Shown: positions 9,180 to 19,200 of the stretch, in pieces
How positions within the stretch are numbered: the stretch's first letter is position 1
Layout of the letters: each line of letters opens with the position of its first letter
NCBI GenBank assembly: GCA_964430885.1
Contig: CAYSHM010000004.1
Span: forward strand, 198,136-234,032
Reading direction: 5' to 3'
Length of the DNA: 35,897 bases
Origin: an uncultured archaeon
GTDB lineage: Archaea; Thermoplasmatota; Penumbrarchaeia; JASLWR01
Made by a program: the position numbers and the translations under genes
Notes under the pieces: generated by a model
The model's database searches: none
Told to the model about the DNA's origin: nothing
Seen by the model: the letters and a program-made list of their open reading frames with translations, nothing else

Positions 9180-10880
9180 ATGACCGTTGACAAAAACAGC
9201 AAGGAAGACTACGATGACAGACATGAGAGAAAGGTAGCCTATTTTTCCATGGAGATAGCTCTGGAATCGGATCTTCCCACCTACAGCGGCGGTTTGGGAG
9301 TTCTGTCCGGTGATATCCTGCGTTCCGCAGCTGATCTGGAAATGCCGGTTGTGGGGATTACCCTCGTTTATGACAACGGCTACTTCTATCAGATGCTTGA
9401 TTTCTGGGGTAATCAATCGGAGAATATAATCTGGTGGGATTATTCCAAGGAATTCGAAAGAGTCCCCATGGTCATAAACATGCGTGTGAACGGCGATGAG
9501 GTCAATATAGGTGCCTGGAAGTATGACATAGTGGGCACTACTGGATTCAAGGTTCCTGTCTTTCTTCTGGACACAAATGTCGACGGCAATACTCCTGAGC
9601 AAAAGGGCTACACAAGAATACTCTATGATACAACAGCCTATCAGAGGATCATTCAGGAAGGGATTCTCGGAATAGGCGGGGTCAAATTGCTCAATGCACT
9701 GGGCTATAAAGATATTAACACCTACCATATGAATGAAGGGCACTCTGCTTTTCTTACCCTTGAACTGCTGAGCAAGCTCGGTGATAAGAAAAAGGTCAGG
9801 GAGAAGTGTGCTTTCACCACTCATACTCCGGTTCCGGCAGGCCACGACAGGTTCGAATATCATGATGTGAGGAAAGTTCTGGGCAACTACTTCCGCGAAG
9901 AACTTCCGCAGTGGATAGGTGAGGATCGCCTGAACATGACCAAACTGGGTATGCATTTCTCAAATTATATCAACGCTGTATCGGAGAAGCACGGAGAGGT
10001 CACAAGGGAGATGTTCCCCACTAAAGAGATTGATCACATCACCAACGGTGTCCATATAATGACTTGGGTGCATAGGCGTCTTGAATCTCTTTTCAGAAGC
10101 TATTTTTCCGATTTCAATCACAGTCCGGTGGTTCTGGAAGATTCGCATAAGATATACTATTCCGAATTATACCGGCGTCATCAACTAATAAAAAAGGAGC
10201 TCATCAATTACGAAAAATCCCATTCCTGGGTATTTCTGGAGAACAATCTTTTTACCATAGGTTATGCCCGAAGGATAACGGATTACAAGCGTCCTTATCT
10301 TCTGCTCATGGACCTTGACCGACTTGGGAGGATATGCAAGGGCAAGGCCCAGATAGTAATGGCCGGGAAGACCCATCCCAGGGACGAAAGGGGAAAGGAT
10401 CTGATAAAGCAGATATTCCACGCCTCAAAATACCTATGGGAGAATTACCAGGTCCCTCTAGCTTTTATCAATAACTACGATATGGACCTCGCTAGAAAGA
10501 TGGTTTCCGGCTGTGATATCTGGCTGAACACACCCCGGAGGTATCTGGAAGCATCGGGTACCAGTGGTATGAAGGCGGCCATAAATGGCGTTCCCAACTT
10601 CAGTGTTCTGGACGGCTGGTGGATAGAGGGATACCGGCTTTCAGAGGGCAAAGCCGGATGGGCTATCGGCCCCGGACCCGAAGACCCGAATGCAGTTCAC
10701 CGCAGCGACGAGGAGGACGCCGAGGAAATTTATGACAAGCTTGAGAACGAGATCCTTCCCACCTACTTCGATGAACCTGAGAAATGGATGCGTATTATGA
10801 AGAACTCCATAACCCTGGGCAGCTATTTCAATACTCAGAGGGTCGTAAGGGAATATGCCCAACGGGCTTGGCAGCTGTGA
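9180..10880 (+). CDS. glgP: Alpha-glucan (glycogen/maltodextrin) phosphorylase, GT35, short type
   Basis: YFSMEIAL, YSGGLGVLSGD, HMNEGH, FTTHTPVPAGHD, ARRITDYKR, EASGTSGMKAA (PLP lysine), DGWW. Likely start ATG 9180 within ORF 9060..10880. Confidence 0.96.
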   Translation: MTVDKNSKEDYDDRHERKVAYFSMEIALESDLPTYSGGLGVLSGDILRSAADLEMPVVGITLVYDNGYFYQMLDFWGNQSENIIWWDYSKEFERVPMVINMRVNGDEVNIGAWKYDIVGTTGFKVPVFLLDTNVDGNTPEQKGYTRILYDTTAYQRIIQEGILGIGGVKLLNALGYKDINTYHMNEGHSAFLTLELLSKLGDKKKVREKCAFTTHTPVPAGHDRFEYHDVRKVLGNYFREELPQWIGEDRLNMTKLGMHFSNYINAVSEKHGEVTREMFPTKEIDHITNGVHIMTWVHRRLESLFRSYFSDFNHSPVVLEDSHKIYYSELYRRHQLIKKELINYEKSHSWVFLENNLFTIGYARRITDYKRPYLLLMDLDRLGRICKGKAQIVMAGKTHPRDERGKDLIKQIFHASKYLWENYQVPLAFINNYDMDLARKMVSGCDIWLNTPRRYLEASGTSGMKAAINGVPNFSVLDGWWIEGYRLSEGKAGWAIGPGPEDPNAVHRSDEEDAEEIYDKLENEILPTYFDEPEKWMRIMKNSITLGSYFNTQRVVREYAQRAWQL

Positions 10881-10883
10881 TAC

Positions 10884-11813
10884 CTATTTTTCTTTCTTTT
10901 TCTTCTTACTCCCCTTGATCATTTCATAATACAGATATGCGTATGGGTAGTAAAATCCACATAGAACGAATATGAGCATGAACTGCAGCAAAATACTCTC
11001 GATGGAAGTATTATAATAACTTATCAGTATGAACACGAATATACTATAGATTCCAGAAAGGAAATTAGGGATCTTCCTAGCTTTTGAAAAAAGTTTGTTA
11101 ATACCGGTTATGACGAGCAACCCCATCCCTATCATAAATGGCACCAATGTAATTGCGAAAAGCCCTCCGTAAAAGAAAATCGCCGAACCAAAGGACATCA
11201 TGAATCCGAATTTCACACCGTAAGCCCTCATTGGCAGCTGCAATCTATATATCGGAGATAGTTCCAGACTTTCATCTTCCTGTGTTGGATACATGACTCC
11301 GCTGTCATCCAAAGGGATGTGAATATAGCCGAATAAATGCAGAATCTCATGTAAGGCGATATGCTTGATCATTCTTTTTTCCTTAGATGTTCCGTTGCTG
11401 TAATGTTTGACACTCATTATGGCGCTGTTGGTCTCAGAATTCGCTAGTCCTCTAACGGCATTGTTATCTTTATCCCAATCTTGAATGGGTAGGTCTGTTA
11501 CGTAAATTATCAGATCGACATTGTATTCTTCCCTCAATCTTTTGGGCTCCTCAAGTTTGAAGAAATCGGAAATGTGATAATAACCATGGTCAATCCGAAC
11601 TTCGGAACTGTTGAACCTTTCAGGTATCATTTTCGTTTTTAAGTACTCGGGATAGTGTTCTATTCCTTCAGCCGCTATGTCCGCATATTTTTCATCACAA
11701 TCATCAACAAGCACTAATCCGACCTTCACTTCAGGGTGAACCTGATGGGTGAACAGAATAAGACCTGGAGTTATCAGTATAAGGGCCAGAGATATCCAGA
11801 TTATCTTTTTCAT
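10884..11813 (-). CDS. Membrane-anchored metzincin zinc metalloprotease (archaemetzincin/matrixin-like)
   Basis: HEILHLFGYIH (HEXXHXXGXXH) followed by Met-turn GVMYP. N-terminal signal/anchor and several C-terminal hydrophobic helices. Confidence 0.8.
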   Translation of the reverse strand: MKKIIWISLALILITPGLILFTHQVHPEVKVGLVLVDDCDEKYADIAAEGIEHYPEYLKTKMIPERFNSSEVRIDHGYYHISDFFKLEEPKRLREEYNVDLIIYVTDLPIQDWDKDNNAVRGLANSETNSAIMSVKHYSNGTSKEKRMIKHIALHEILHLFGYIHIPLDDSGVMYPTQEDESLELSPIYRLQLPMRAYGVKFGFMMSFGSAIFFYGGLFAITLVPFMIGMGLLVITGINKLFSKARKIPNFLSGIYSIFVFILISYYNTSIESILLQFMLIFVLCGFYYPYAYLYYEMIKGSKKKKKEK

Positions 11814-11878
11814 TTTCTCATAAATTCAAGGGTGAACATTGTATAAAATGGTATTATGGTTTTTTAGGTTGCCTTTGA

Positions 11879-11927
11879 AATAATATCATTATTATTATTA
11901 GTTCCACACTATTATAATAATTATTAT
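11879..11927. promoter_or_regulatory. Putative Fur/Zur-type operator between the metzincin and znuA
   Basis: AATAAT-N3-ATTATT at 11879-11893 and the perfect palindrome ATAATAATTATTAT at 11914-11927, which contains two overlapping ATAAT-N-ATTAT cores. The region is AT-rich, so chance is possible. Confidence 0.4.
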
Positions 11928-12024
11928 TAACTTTCGGGCGAATATTTAATAATGGCCTATCAACATATGCTTTGAGAATGTATTCCTATATTCAGTGTAA
12001 GAATTGGTTGGAGTGATGACTCAT

Positions 12025-13044
12025 ATGAATAGAAAACAGCTAATACTGGTTGTAATAACTCTTGCTCTCATAACCGTTCTGATAGCTAGTGCGGTCTATG
12101 TCAGCTATCGTAAGGAAGAGGAGGATTCCGGAAAGATAAAGATCACTGCCACGTTCTATCCATTGGCATATTTTTCCCAAAGGATCGGCGGTGAACACGT
12201 ATCCGTGGATATATTAGTTCCACCCAATAGCGATATACATTCATGGCAGCCTTCGACCTCGGATATTGTTTCAGCTGATGAATCGGACATTTTGGTTTTT
12301 AACGGGGGGGATGCGGATCATTGGTTCGAGGATGATGTACTTCCTGCACTTCAGAACCGCAACAAGATCAAGATAGTGGAGACCATACATGGAATAGAAA
12401 TTCTGGAGCATGACGACCAGGATGGTCATGAAGATGAGCATGAAGACGAGGGCAATGGGACGGGGGATGACCATGAGGAAGATGAACGCGAAGAGGATGA
12501 TCATCATGACCATGGGGACATAGACCCTCACACATGGATCAGCCCCTTTTTAGCACTCCAGCAGGCAGAACATATCTATGAGGCCCTCGTGGAGATCGAT
12601 CAGGAAAATAAAGAGGCTTACAAGTCCAATTGGCAGAAGTTCAAGACCGAGCTTGAGGACCTGGACGGGGATTTCAAGTCTGAACTGTCAAACACAACCA
12701 ATGAGGAGATATTTGTTTCCCATGCTGCATTCGGTTATCTGGCCCACAGATACGGATTTCATCAGCATGGGGTCATAGGCCTCTCAGCCGATGAACAGCC
12801 CAGTACAAGCACAATCGTTTCATTGGCGGACCTGATGTCCGATGAAGGTATTTATGTGATCTATGTAGACCCGGTGTATTCTGATGATTATGCTCAGACA
12901 ATCAAGACAGAGGTTGAGAAACAGACCGGCGAGGTGGTGACGATTCTATCTCTCTATCTCATGACGGGGCCAGTTGACGGAAAGGATTACATGGCGCAGC
13001 AGAGGACAAATCTTGAAAATCTAAAGACTGGTCTTGGCGTATGA
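12025..13044 (+). CDS. znuA: Zinc ABC transporter substrate-binding protein
   Basis: ATFYPL, DIHSWQP, DPHTW, SHAAFGYLA and a long His/Asp/Glu-rich loop. N-terminal TM anchor. GGAGTGA RBS favours ATG 12025. Confidence 0.92.
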   Translation: MNRKQLILVVITLALITVLIASAVYVSYRKEEEDSGKIKITATFYPLAYFSQRIGGEHVSVDILVPPNSDIHSWQPSTSDIVSADESDILVFNGGDADHWFEDDVLPALQNRNKIKIVETIHGIEILEHDDQDGHEDEHEDEGNGTGDDHEEDEREEDDHHDHGDIDPHTWISPFLALQQAEHIYEALVEIDQENKEAYKSNWQKFKTELEDLDGDFKSELSNTTNEEIFVSHAAFGYLAHRYGFHQHGVIGLSADEQPSTSTIVSLADLMSDEGIYVIYVDPVYSDDYAQTIKTEVEKQTGEVVTILSLYLMTGPVDGKDYMAQQRTNLENLKTGLGV

Positions 13045-13059
13045 GGGGGGAATAAGTAT

Positions 13060-13842
13060 ATGTTCAAAGGGAAACCCATATTGGAGGTAAGCGAACTAAC
13101 TGTGGAACGGTCATGGGAGACCATTATAAAGGATGCTACATTCAGTATTCACTCAGGGGATTTTGTTGGAATTATTGGTCCAAACGGGGGCGGCAAGTCC
13201 ACTATGCTTCACGCTATTCTCGGGACCCTTCCAATGAAAAGGGGATCAATAAAGCTCTTTGGAAAATCCATCAGGAACTTCAAAGATTGGGGCAAGATAG
13301 CCTATGTGTCCCAGGATGCTATAAATTTCGACCATAATTTTCCAGTGACAGTAAGGGAACTGGTCAGTCTGGGAAGGGTAACCAAGAAAAGGATGGGCCG
13401 CAGATTCAAGAAGAGTGATTGGGAAGCAGTGGACCAGGCCTTGGAATATATGGGAATTTCAGATCTGGCAAAGAAAAGGGTGGGTCACCTGTCAGGAGGT
13501 CAGAAGCAGCGTGTTTTCGTGGCTAAAGCTCTAGCAAGGGATCCGGCCATGATATTCCTTGATGAGCCAGTGGCTGGAGTGGATGCCCATGCCCAGGAGC
13601 GTTTCTACAAACGGCTCAGCGATTTGAATATTAAGAAAGGCAAGTCCATTTTAATAGTTTCCCACGATCTGACAGCAGTGTTCTGCAGAATGTCCAAGGT
13701 CATCTGTGTTAACCGGGAAGTGCACTGCACTGATTTAACCGCAGAAACGGACCCGAATCATATACTGAAAAAAGCATACGGGGAGCATTTTCACTTCGTA
13801 TTCCATAAGCATGAATGCGCAGGGGTGTTTGATAATGAGTGA
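13060..13842 (+). CDS. znuC: Zinc ABC transporter ATP-binding protein
   Basis: GPNGGGKST, LSGGQKQR, FLDEP, VSHD and His-rich C-terminus HFHFVFHKHEC. Confidence 0.93.
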   Translation: MFKGKPILEVSELTVERSWETIIKDATFSIHSGDFVGIIGPNGGGKSTMLHAILGTLPMKRGSIKLFGKSIRNFKDWGKIAYVSQDAINFDHNFPVTVRELVSLGRVTKKRMGRRFKKSDWEAVDQALEYMGISDLAKKRVGHLSGGQKQRVFVAKALARDPAMIFLDEPVAGVDAHAQERFYKRLSDLNIKKGKSILIVSHDLTAVFCRMSKVICVNREVHCTDLTAETDPNHILKKAYGEHFHFVFHKHECAGVFDNE

Positions 13843-14659
13843 TCTCACCCTTTTCGACATACCCCGATTGTTCGAGTATCAGTTCTTCCAGTTTGCCATA
13901 ATAGGTGGGATTATAACGGCCTTGGCCTGTTCCTGGGTGGGGCTCTTTCTTATCCTCCGGAAACAATCAATGATCGGTGATGGGATTGCACATACTGCAT
14001 TTGGTGGGATTGCACTTGGCCTGTTCCTTGGCATCAATCCGATATTGAGCGCCCTGGGGGTGTCGGTCCTGGCGGTTTTTGGTATTTCATTTATGCGAAG
14101 AAAGGGCATGGCCCAGTCGGATTCGGCCATAGCGGTCATGCTGGCGATAGGTTTTTCCCTTGGTCTTATAATTATCAGTTTGGCTGATGGTTTCAATGTT
14201 GAGCTTTTCAGTTACCTCTTCGGTTCTATCCTTACGATAGATACTGTTGACCTGATGACCGTGGCGATTCTTGGACTGATAACTGTTATTTTCCTCAGTG
14301 TCTTTCAGAAGGAACTGCTCGCAATGACCTTCGATGAGCAGGATTCACGGTTGATGGGAATCCCTGTCACACCCATGTCAATGGCCTTTGATATACTAGT
14401 TGCAGTGACCATAGTTCTGTCAATAAAGGTCGTGGGCATGATACTAGTGGTAGCACTCATGGTCCTTCCAGGATTAGCGGCCCTACAATTAAGATTATCT
14501 TTCAGGGGGACCACTATTGCTGCTATCTGCTTCGGTGGTGTAAGCATATTTCTGGGAATAATCATTTCAGCCGTATACAATGTAGCCACAAGCGGCGTGA
14601 TAGTGTTTACAGCAGCAGCCATCTACATTTTTACTGTGCTCTACAAAAAACTTGGTTGA
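13835..14659 (+). CDS. znuB: Zinc ABC transporter permease
   Basis: Polytopic; GDGIAHTAFGG, YLFGSIL, TFDE, IKVVGMILV. ATG 13835 overlaps the znuC end. Confidence 0.93.
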   Translation: MSDLTLFDIPRLFEYQFFQFAIIGGIITALACSWVGLFLILRKQSMIGDGIAHTAFGGIALGLFLGINPILSALGVSVLAVFGISFMRRKGMAQSDSAIAVMLAIGFSLGLIIISLADGFNVELFSYLFGSILTIDTVDLMTVAILGLITVIFLSVFQKELLAMTFDEQDSRLMGIPVTPMSMAFDILVAVTIVLSIKVVGMILVVALMVLPGLAALQLRLSFRGTTIAAICFGGVSIFLGIIISAVYNVATSGVIVFTAAAIYIFTVLYKKLG

Positions 14660-14688
14660 CATAAAAAGGTTTTTAGTTTTAATAAAGG

Positions 14689-14752
14689 AAAAAAAAATGA
14701 TCCGGACCCACAAAAAAGAACGGTTCCGGATTGTTTTCATTTTTGTTTGTTT
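14689..14752. terminator. Putative bidirectional terminator between convergent znuB and asnA
   Basis: Stem AATGATCCGGA.CC / GG.TCCGGATTGTT, flanked by an A-tract on the left and a T-rich tract on the right. Confidence 0.55.
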
Positions 14753-14758
14753 TGAGAA

Positions 14759-15904
14759 TTATGATAGAACATGGATGTTCTTCTTTGCGCAGATCTTCTT
14801 CAGGTCTTCTGGCCATACTGTACAGCTTACCTCGCCCAGATGGGCTTTTCTTAGAATGAGCATCTGTATCCTGGACTGGCCGAGTCCTCCTCCTATGGCG
14901 AGGGGAACTTCGTCATTCATGATTGCCTTGTGATAGGGCTGTTCCAGGTAGTGCATTTGACCGGACATCTCCAATTGCTTCACAAGAGTTTCCTTTGTGA
15001 CCCTGATGCCCATTGAGGTCAGCTCGTGCCTTCTCTGGGTGACATCGTTCCATACCAGGATATCGCCGTTGAGTCCGTGGAACTGCTCTCCGTCCTTGAC
15101 TATTGTGGGGGTGACCCAATCGTCGTAATCTGCAGCTCTCATCTCGTGAGGGTAACCGTCCTTGAGGGGCCAACCGATACCGTAAATGAATATGGCCTTT
15201 TTCTCCTTAACGATATTTGTCTCCCTCTGCTTTCGGGGGAGGTCAGGATACATATTCAGGATCTCTTCCGCATGTATGAAATGAAGATCCTCGGGGAGGG
15301 GTGGGTATCTAGGGTCTTGGAGCTTGGGGTATTTCTCAAGTGCCATTCTTTCGGCTCCAACAAGGACCTTCCAGATCTTCTTGACGATCTCAGTAAGGAA
15401 ATCTAGGTTTCTCTGATCTGCAGTGATCACCCTCTCCCAGTCCCACTGGTCCACATAGGAGCTGTGGTCATGATCGAGGAAATAATCCTTTCTTACCGCT
15501 CTCATATCGGTGTTGACGCCTTCGCCAACTTCACAGTTGTACTGCTTCAGAGCCCATCTTTTCCACTTGGTAACAGCCTGGACAATCGATGCGTGTATCT
15601 GCTCCTGTAGGCCTAGGCCACAGTGGAACTCTATGGGAGTTCTGGACCCGTCCCTATCAAGCATATCGTTCATTCCGCTTGCTACCTCGACAATTAGGGG
15701 GCACTGTACCAGCTGGATGTTCAATTCCTTGGCCAGATTGTCCTCGATGTATCTCTTAACATCGTAGATGGCTCTCTGTGTTTCCTTCACATCCAGAAGT
15801 GACTTGTAATCCTTCGGAAGTATCTTATCCACTTCTTCGTAGGTACTGATGCCCGGACCTGCAAGGTCGGCCTTCTTGGCTTCCATTGTGTTGTTTTCTG
15901 CCAT
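14759..15904 (-). CDS. asnA: Aspartate--ammonia ligase (asparagine synthetase A)
   Basis: VQAVTKWKR, DMRAVRKD, HSSYVDQWDWE, RAADYDDW, LNGDI, ELTSMGIRV, IGGGLGQSR, HLGEV. AGGTGA RBS. Confidence 0.95.
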   Translation of the reverse strand: MAENNTMEAKKADLAGPGISTYEEVDKILPKDYKSLLDVKETQRAIYDVKRYIEDNLAKELNIQLVQCPLIVEVASGMNDMLDRDGSRTPIEFHCGLGLQEQIHASIVQAVTKWKRWALKQYNCEVGEGVNTDMRAVRKDYFLDHDHSSYVDQWDWERVITADQRNLDFLTEIVKKIWKVLVGAERMALEKYPKLQDPRYPPLPEDLHFIHAEEILNMYPDLPRKQRETNIVKEKKAIFIYGIGWPLKDGYPHEMRAADYDDWVTPTIVKDGEQFHGLNGDILVWNDVTQRRHELTSMGIRVTKETLVKQLEMSGQMHYLEQPYHKAIMNDEVPLAIGGGLGQSRIQMLILRKAHLGEVSCTVWPEDLKKICAKKNIHVLS

Positions 15905-16135
15905 AACATATCACCTATGATAATATACTATTATTTAACAAAATTCTAACATAATCATCGGGTATTTCCGGCAAATCCTCTTAACCTATATTAATGTTCT
16001 TTAATCACTTAATGTAAATTTATTTAACATAGCATTTAGCTTCACTGTTAGGTATATTGAATCACTAGGTTCCATAAGGATGAATTAAATCCATTTATAA
16101 TAGAATACTACAAGGGAAATTTATCGACAAAATCC

Positions 16136-16143
16136 TTTTAAAA
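16136..16143 (+). promoter_or_regulatory. Putative TATA box for the 16219 surface protein gene
   Basis: TTTTAAAA preceded by CGACAAAA (BRE-like), about 75 nt upstream of the ATG. Confidence 0.35.
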
Positions 16144-16218
16144 GTAATAGAATACTTGATATTGTACCTCTTCGTTTAACCTCTGTTATTGCAACGGTTT
16201 TTAACCGGGGTGAAGTAT

Positions 16219-19200
16219 ATGAGAAAGAGTATATTCGCATCATCATTATTCGTTACACTATTATTAGCCCAGCTGTTCTTGGTTTTCCTACCTGTAAATG
16301 CTACTACCAATCACACAATAACGGTGGACGGTGATCTGTCCGATTGGGCTGCTGACGAGCTCATGGGTATCTCTTCCTCTTCCACTCTCAATATGACCTG
16401 GGATGCCAACAAGCTTTATTTAAGCGTTAGCAATCAGGATTGGGATGCCAACGACGGAGGCGAGGACGGCGATCTGATGATCTATCTGGACACAGTATCC
16501 GGCGGATCCAATCAAACGGTGAACTGGGACGGCCAGAACACACTTCCTTTCCAGGCGGATTGGCTTTTCGCCCTTGAGGATAGCGGCTACTACAATCTGA
16601 GAGAGCACAATCAGAGCTGGATATCTGACAAGCCATATACTGGCAGTGTGTATGCAGGATATAATGGGGATAACAGAACGGAGATAAGCATATCCTGGGC
16701 CGACCTGGGCAATCCTACGAAACTCGGGGTTATGGTTTTTGCCAAATGGGAGAGCGCCAATAATGTCTGGGCTGCGTGGCCTACACAGAATCCCACTGGT
16801 AACGGACCTCTGTCATTCACTCATTATTATTTCTTCGTCAATATTGCCAATGGCGTATCGCCCAATCAGGCTCCCATACTTCAGGGCGGTGCAGGTGAGC
16901 TAGTGAATAGCGGCAGCGACCCCAATACTAATACGGCCTGGGTCGACATATATCCAGGTACTAGCGCAGACAATAATCAAGGCACTCAGAGCAACGGCGG
17001 CGAGACCGATGTTTGGTTCTTCTATACTGTAAACGGTGGCAACCCCACGGACCAGAGCCCAGCCGTTGCAGGGACATTCGACGGTCAGAATGGTATAAAC
17101 GGGAACAACGATAAGTATTACGTTATCATCCCTGCCAACTCTGGAGCGACGGTCAAATGGTTTGCAAGAGGAAATGCATCAAACGGCAAGGAGTGCAGCA
17201 GCAATGTGGGGGTTTTTGTATCCAATCTACCTTTTTGGACAGGTTCCAAGGGCAATGATGCCAAGACCAACACGATCTGGGCGGATGTGAATCCTGGAAC
17301 CAGTGCGGACAACAATCAGGGCACCCAAAGTGACGGGTCTGGAACGTCCATGACATTCTACTACACTTTGGACAATTCCCAACCGAATCTGTTCAGCAAC
17401 AAGATAACCGGGATCTTTGACGGTCAGAACGGCACTAATGGGAACAATGATAAATATTATGCAATAATACCTGCCTCCCGGGGCCAGCATGTCCGCTGGT
17501 TTGCATGGGCCAATGCTTCAAACGGCGCCTATAATTTCACAGGATACGGCCATTTCATATCCCAGACGGTGAAGGATTGGGCATGGATAGGCGGTGAGGG
17601 TTGGAACTCCGATACCAACACGGTCTGGCTGGATGTATTCCCTGGGTCCAGTTATGATGATGACCCTCAAACCATAAGCGACGGTTCTGATACTTCAATG
17701 ACCTTCTATTACACGCTGGATGGCACACAGCCTAATCTGCTGAGCAACAGTGTACAGGGCATATTCGACGGCCAAAATGCGACTTACGGTAATAATGATA
17801 AATATTATGCCATCATCCCTGCTTCCAACAGCGATACTGTTAAATGGTTTGCCACCTGCACTTCGTCAAGCAACGGCGTCAATACATCAAGCATTTTTAC
17901 TTTCCAATCAAACATACCCCTTGATCCCTCTACAATAATGGGTGAGGGATGGGATGCCGAGACCAATACGGTACAGGCCGATGTTGAACCGGGAACAAGC
18001 GCAGACGATGATCCTGGAACAATAAGCAACGGGCAGGGGTCGGCTATAACCTTCTATTTTACAACTGACGGCAGCAGTCCCACTTTAGGGAGCTCATCAG
18101 TGCAGGGGATATTCGATTCCCAGAATGGGACCATGGGGAACCGCGACCGCTACTACGCTATTATCCCTGGCTCTGACGGAGAAATCATAAAATGGTTCGT
18201 CCAGGGACATGGGAAGGCGGCAGCCGATGCAACGGGGGGTGTTGAAACCTTCGTGTCTAGTATCGGTTCCTCAGATGTAGATACCGACGGCGATGGCACC
18301 CCTGATAATATTGACCCTGATGATGACGATGACGGCATGCCAGACAATTGGGAGAACAACAACGGATTCGATCCCCTTGACGATTCGGATGCTTCTGGGG
18401 ACGGCGACAATGACGGCTTAACAAACCTTGAAGAATATCTCAACTCCACCTATCCCGATGATGAGGATACTGACGGGGACGGCATACCTGACGGAGTTGA
18501 GGTGGATGCCGGCTTGGACCCACTGTCTAATCTCGATGCTTCCCTGGACCGAGACAGTGACGGCCTCACCAATGCAGAGGAATACGGTTTGGGAACCGGG
18601 ATCAATGATGATGATAGCGACGATGATGGGATTCCTGACGGTTTCGAGGAGGATAATGCACTGGACCCGCTAGATGCTTTAGATGCTTCACTTGACGGGG
18701 ATACTGATGGTCTCACCAATCTTCAGGAATATACGCATGGAACCGACCCGATACTATCCGATACTGACAGTGATGGTATGAGTGACGGCTGGGAGGTTGA
18801 TAATTCTCTGGACCCCAAATCCAATGATGCTCCCCTGGATCCTGATGACGACGGTTACACCAATCTTCAGGAGTTCATTGCCGGAACAAACCCAAAGGAC
18901 CCTAATTCCCATCCTTCCGGGAACGGAGACGATGACAACACAGGCGACGATGACGCAACCGGAGATGATGACACCACAGGTGACGACGATACGACTGGAG
19001 ATGATGACACTAGTGGTGACGATGATGATAGCGACGATGACAGCACCGGAGATGACGATATCACCGGAAATGATGATACAACCGGCGACGACGATACCTC
19101 GGGAAACGATGATACAACTGGCAATGATGATACCTCGGGGGACGATGACACAACTAGCGGGAACGGCGATTCCACGGGCGACAGAGGAAGCAGCTCATCC

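Noticed and set aside
2900-9956. Long antisense ORFs such as 2900..3664, 6730..7269, 8392..8964 and 9174..9956
   Set aside because: Shadow ORFs opposite well-supported genes, with no recognisable motifs.
18925-19155. Regular short repeats as a possible CRISPR array
   Set aside because: Units are contiguous, degenerate and in-frame coding, with no spacers and no cas genes.
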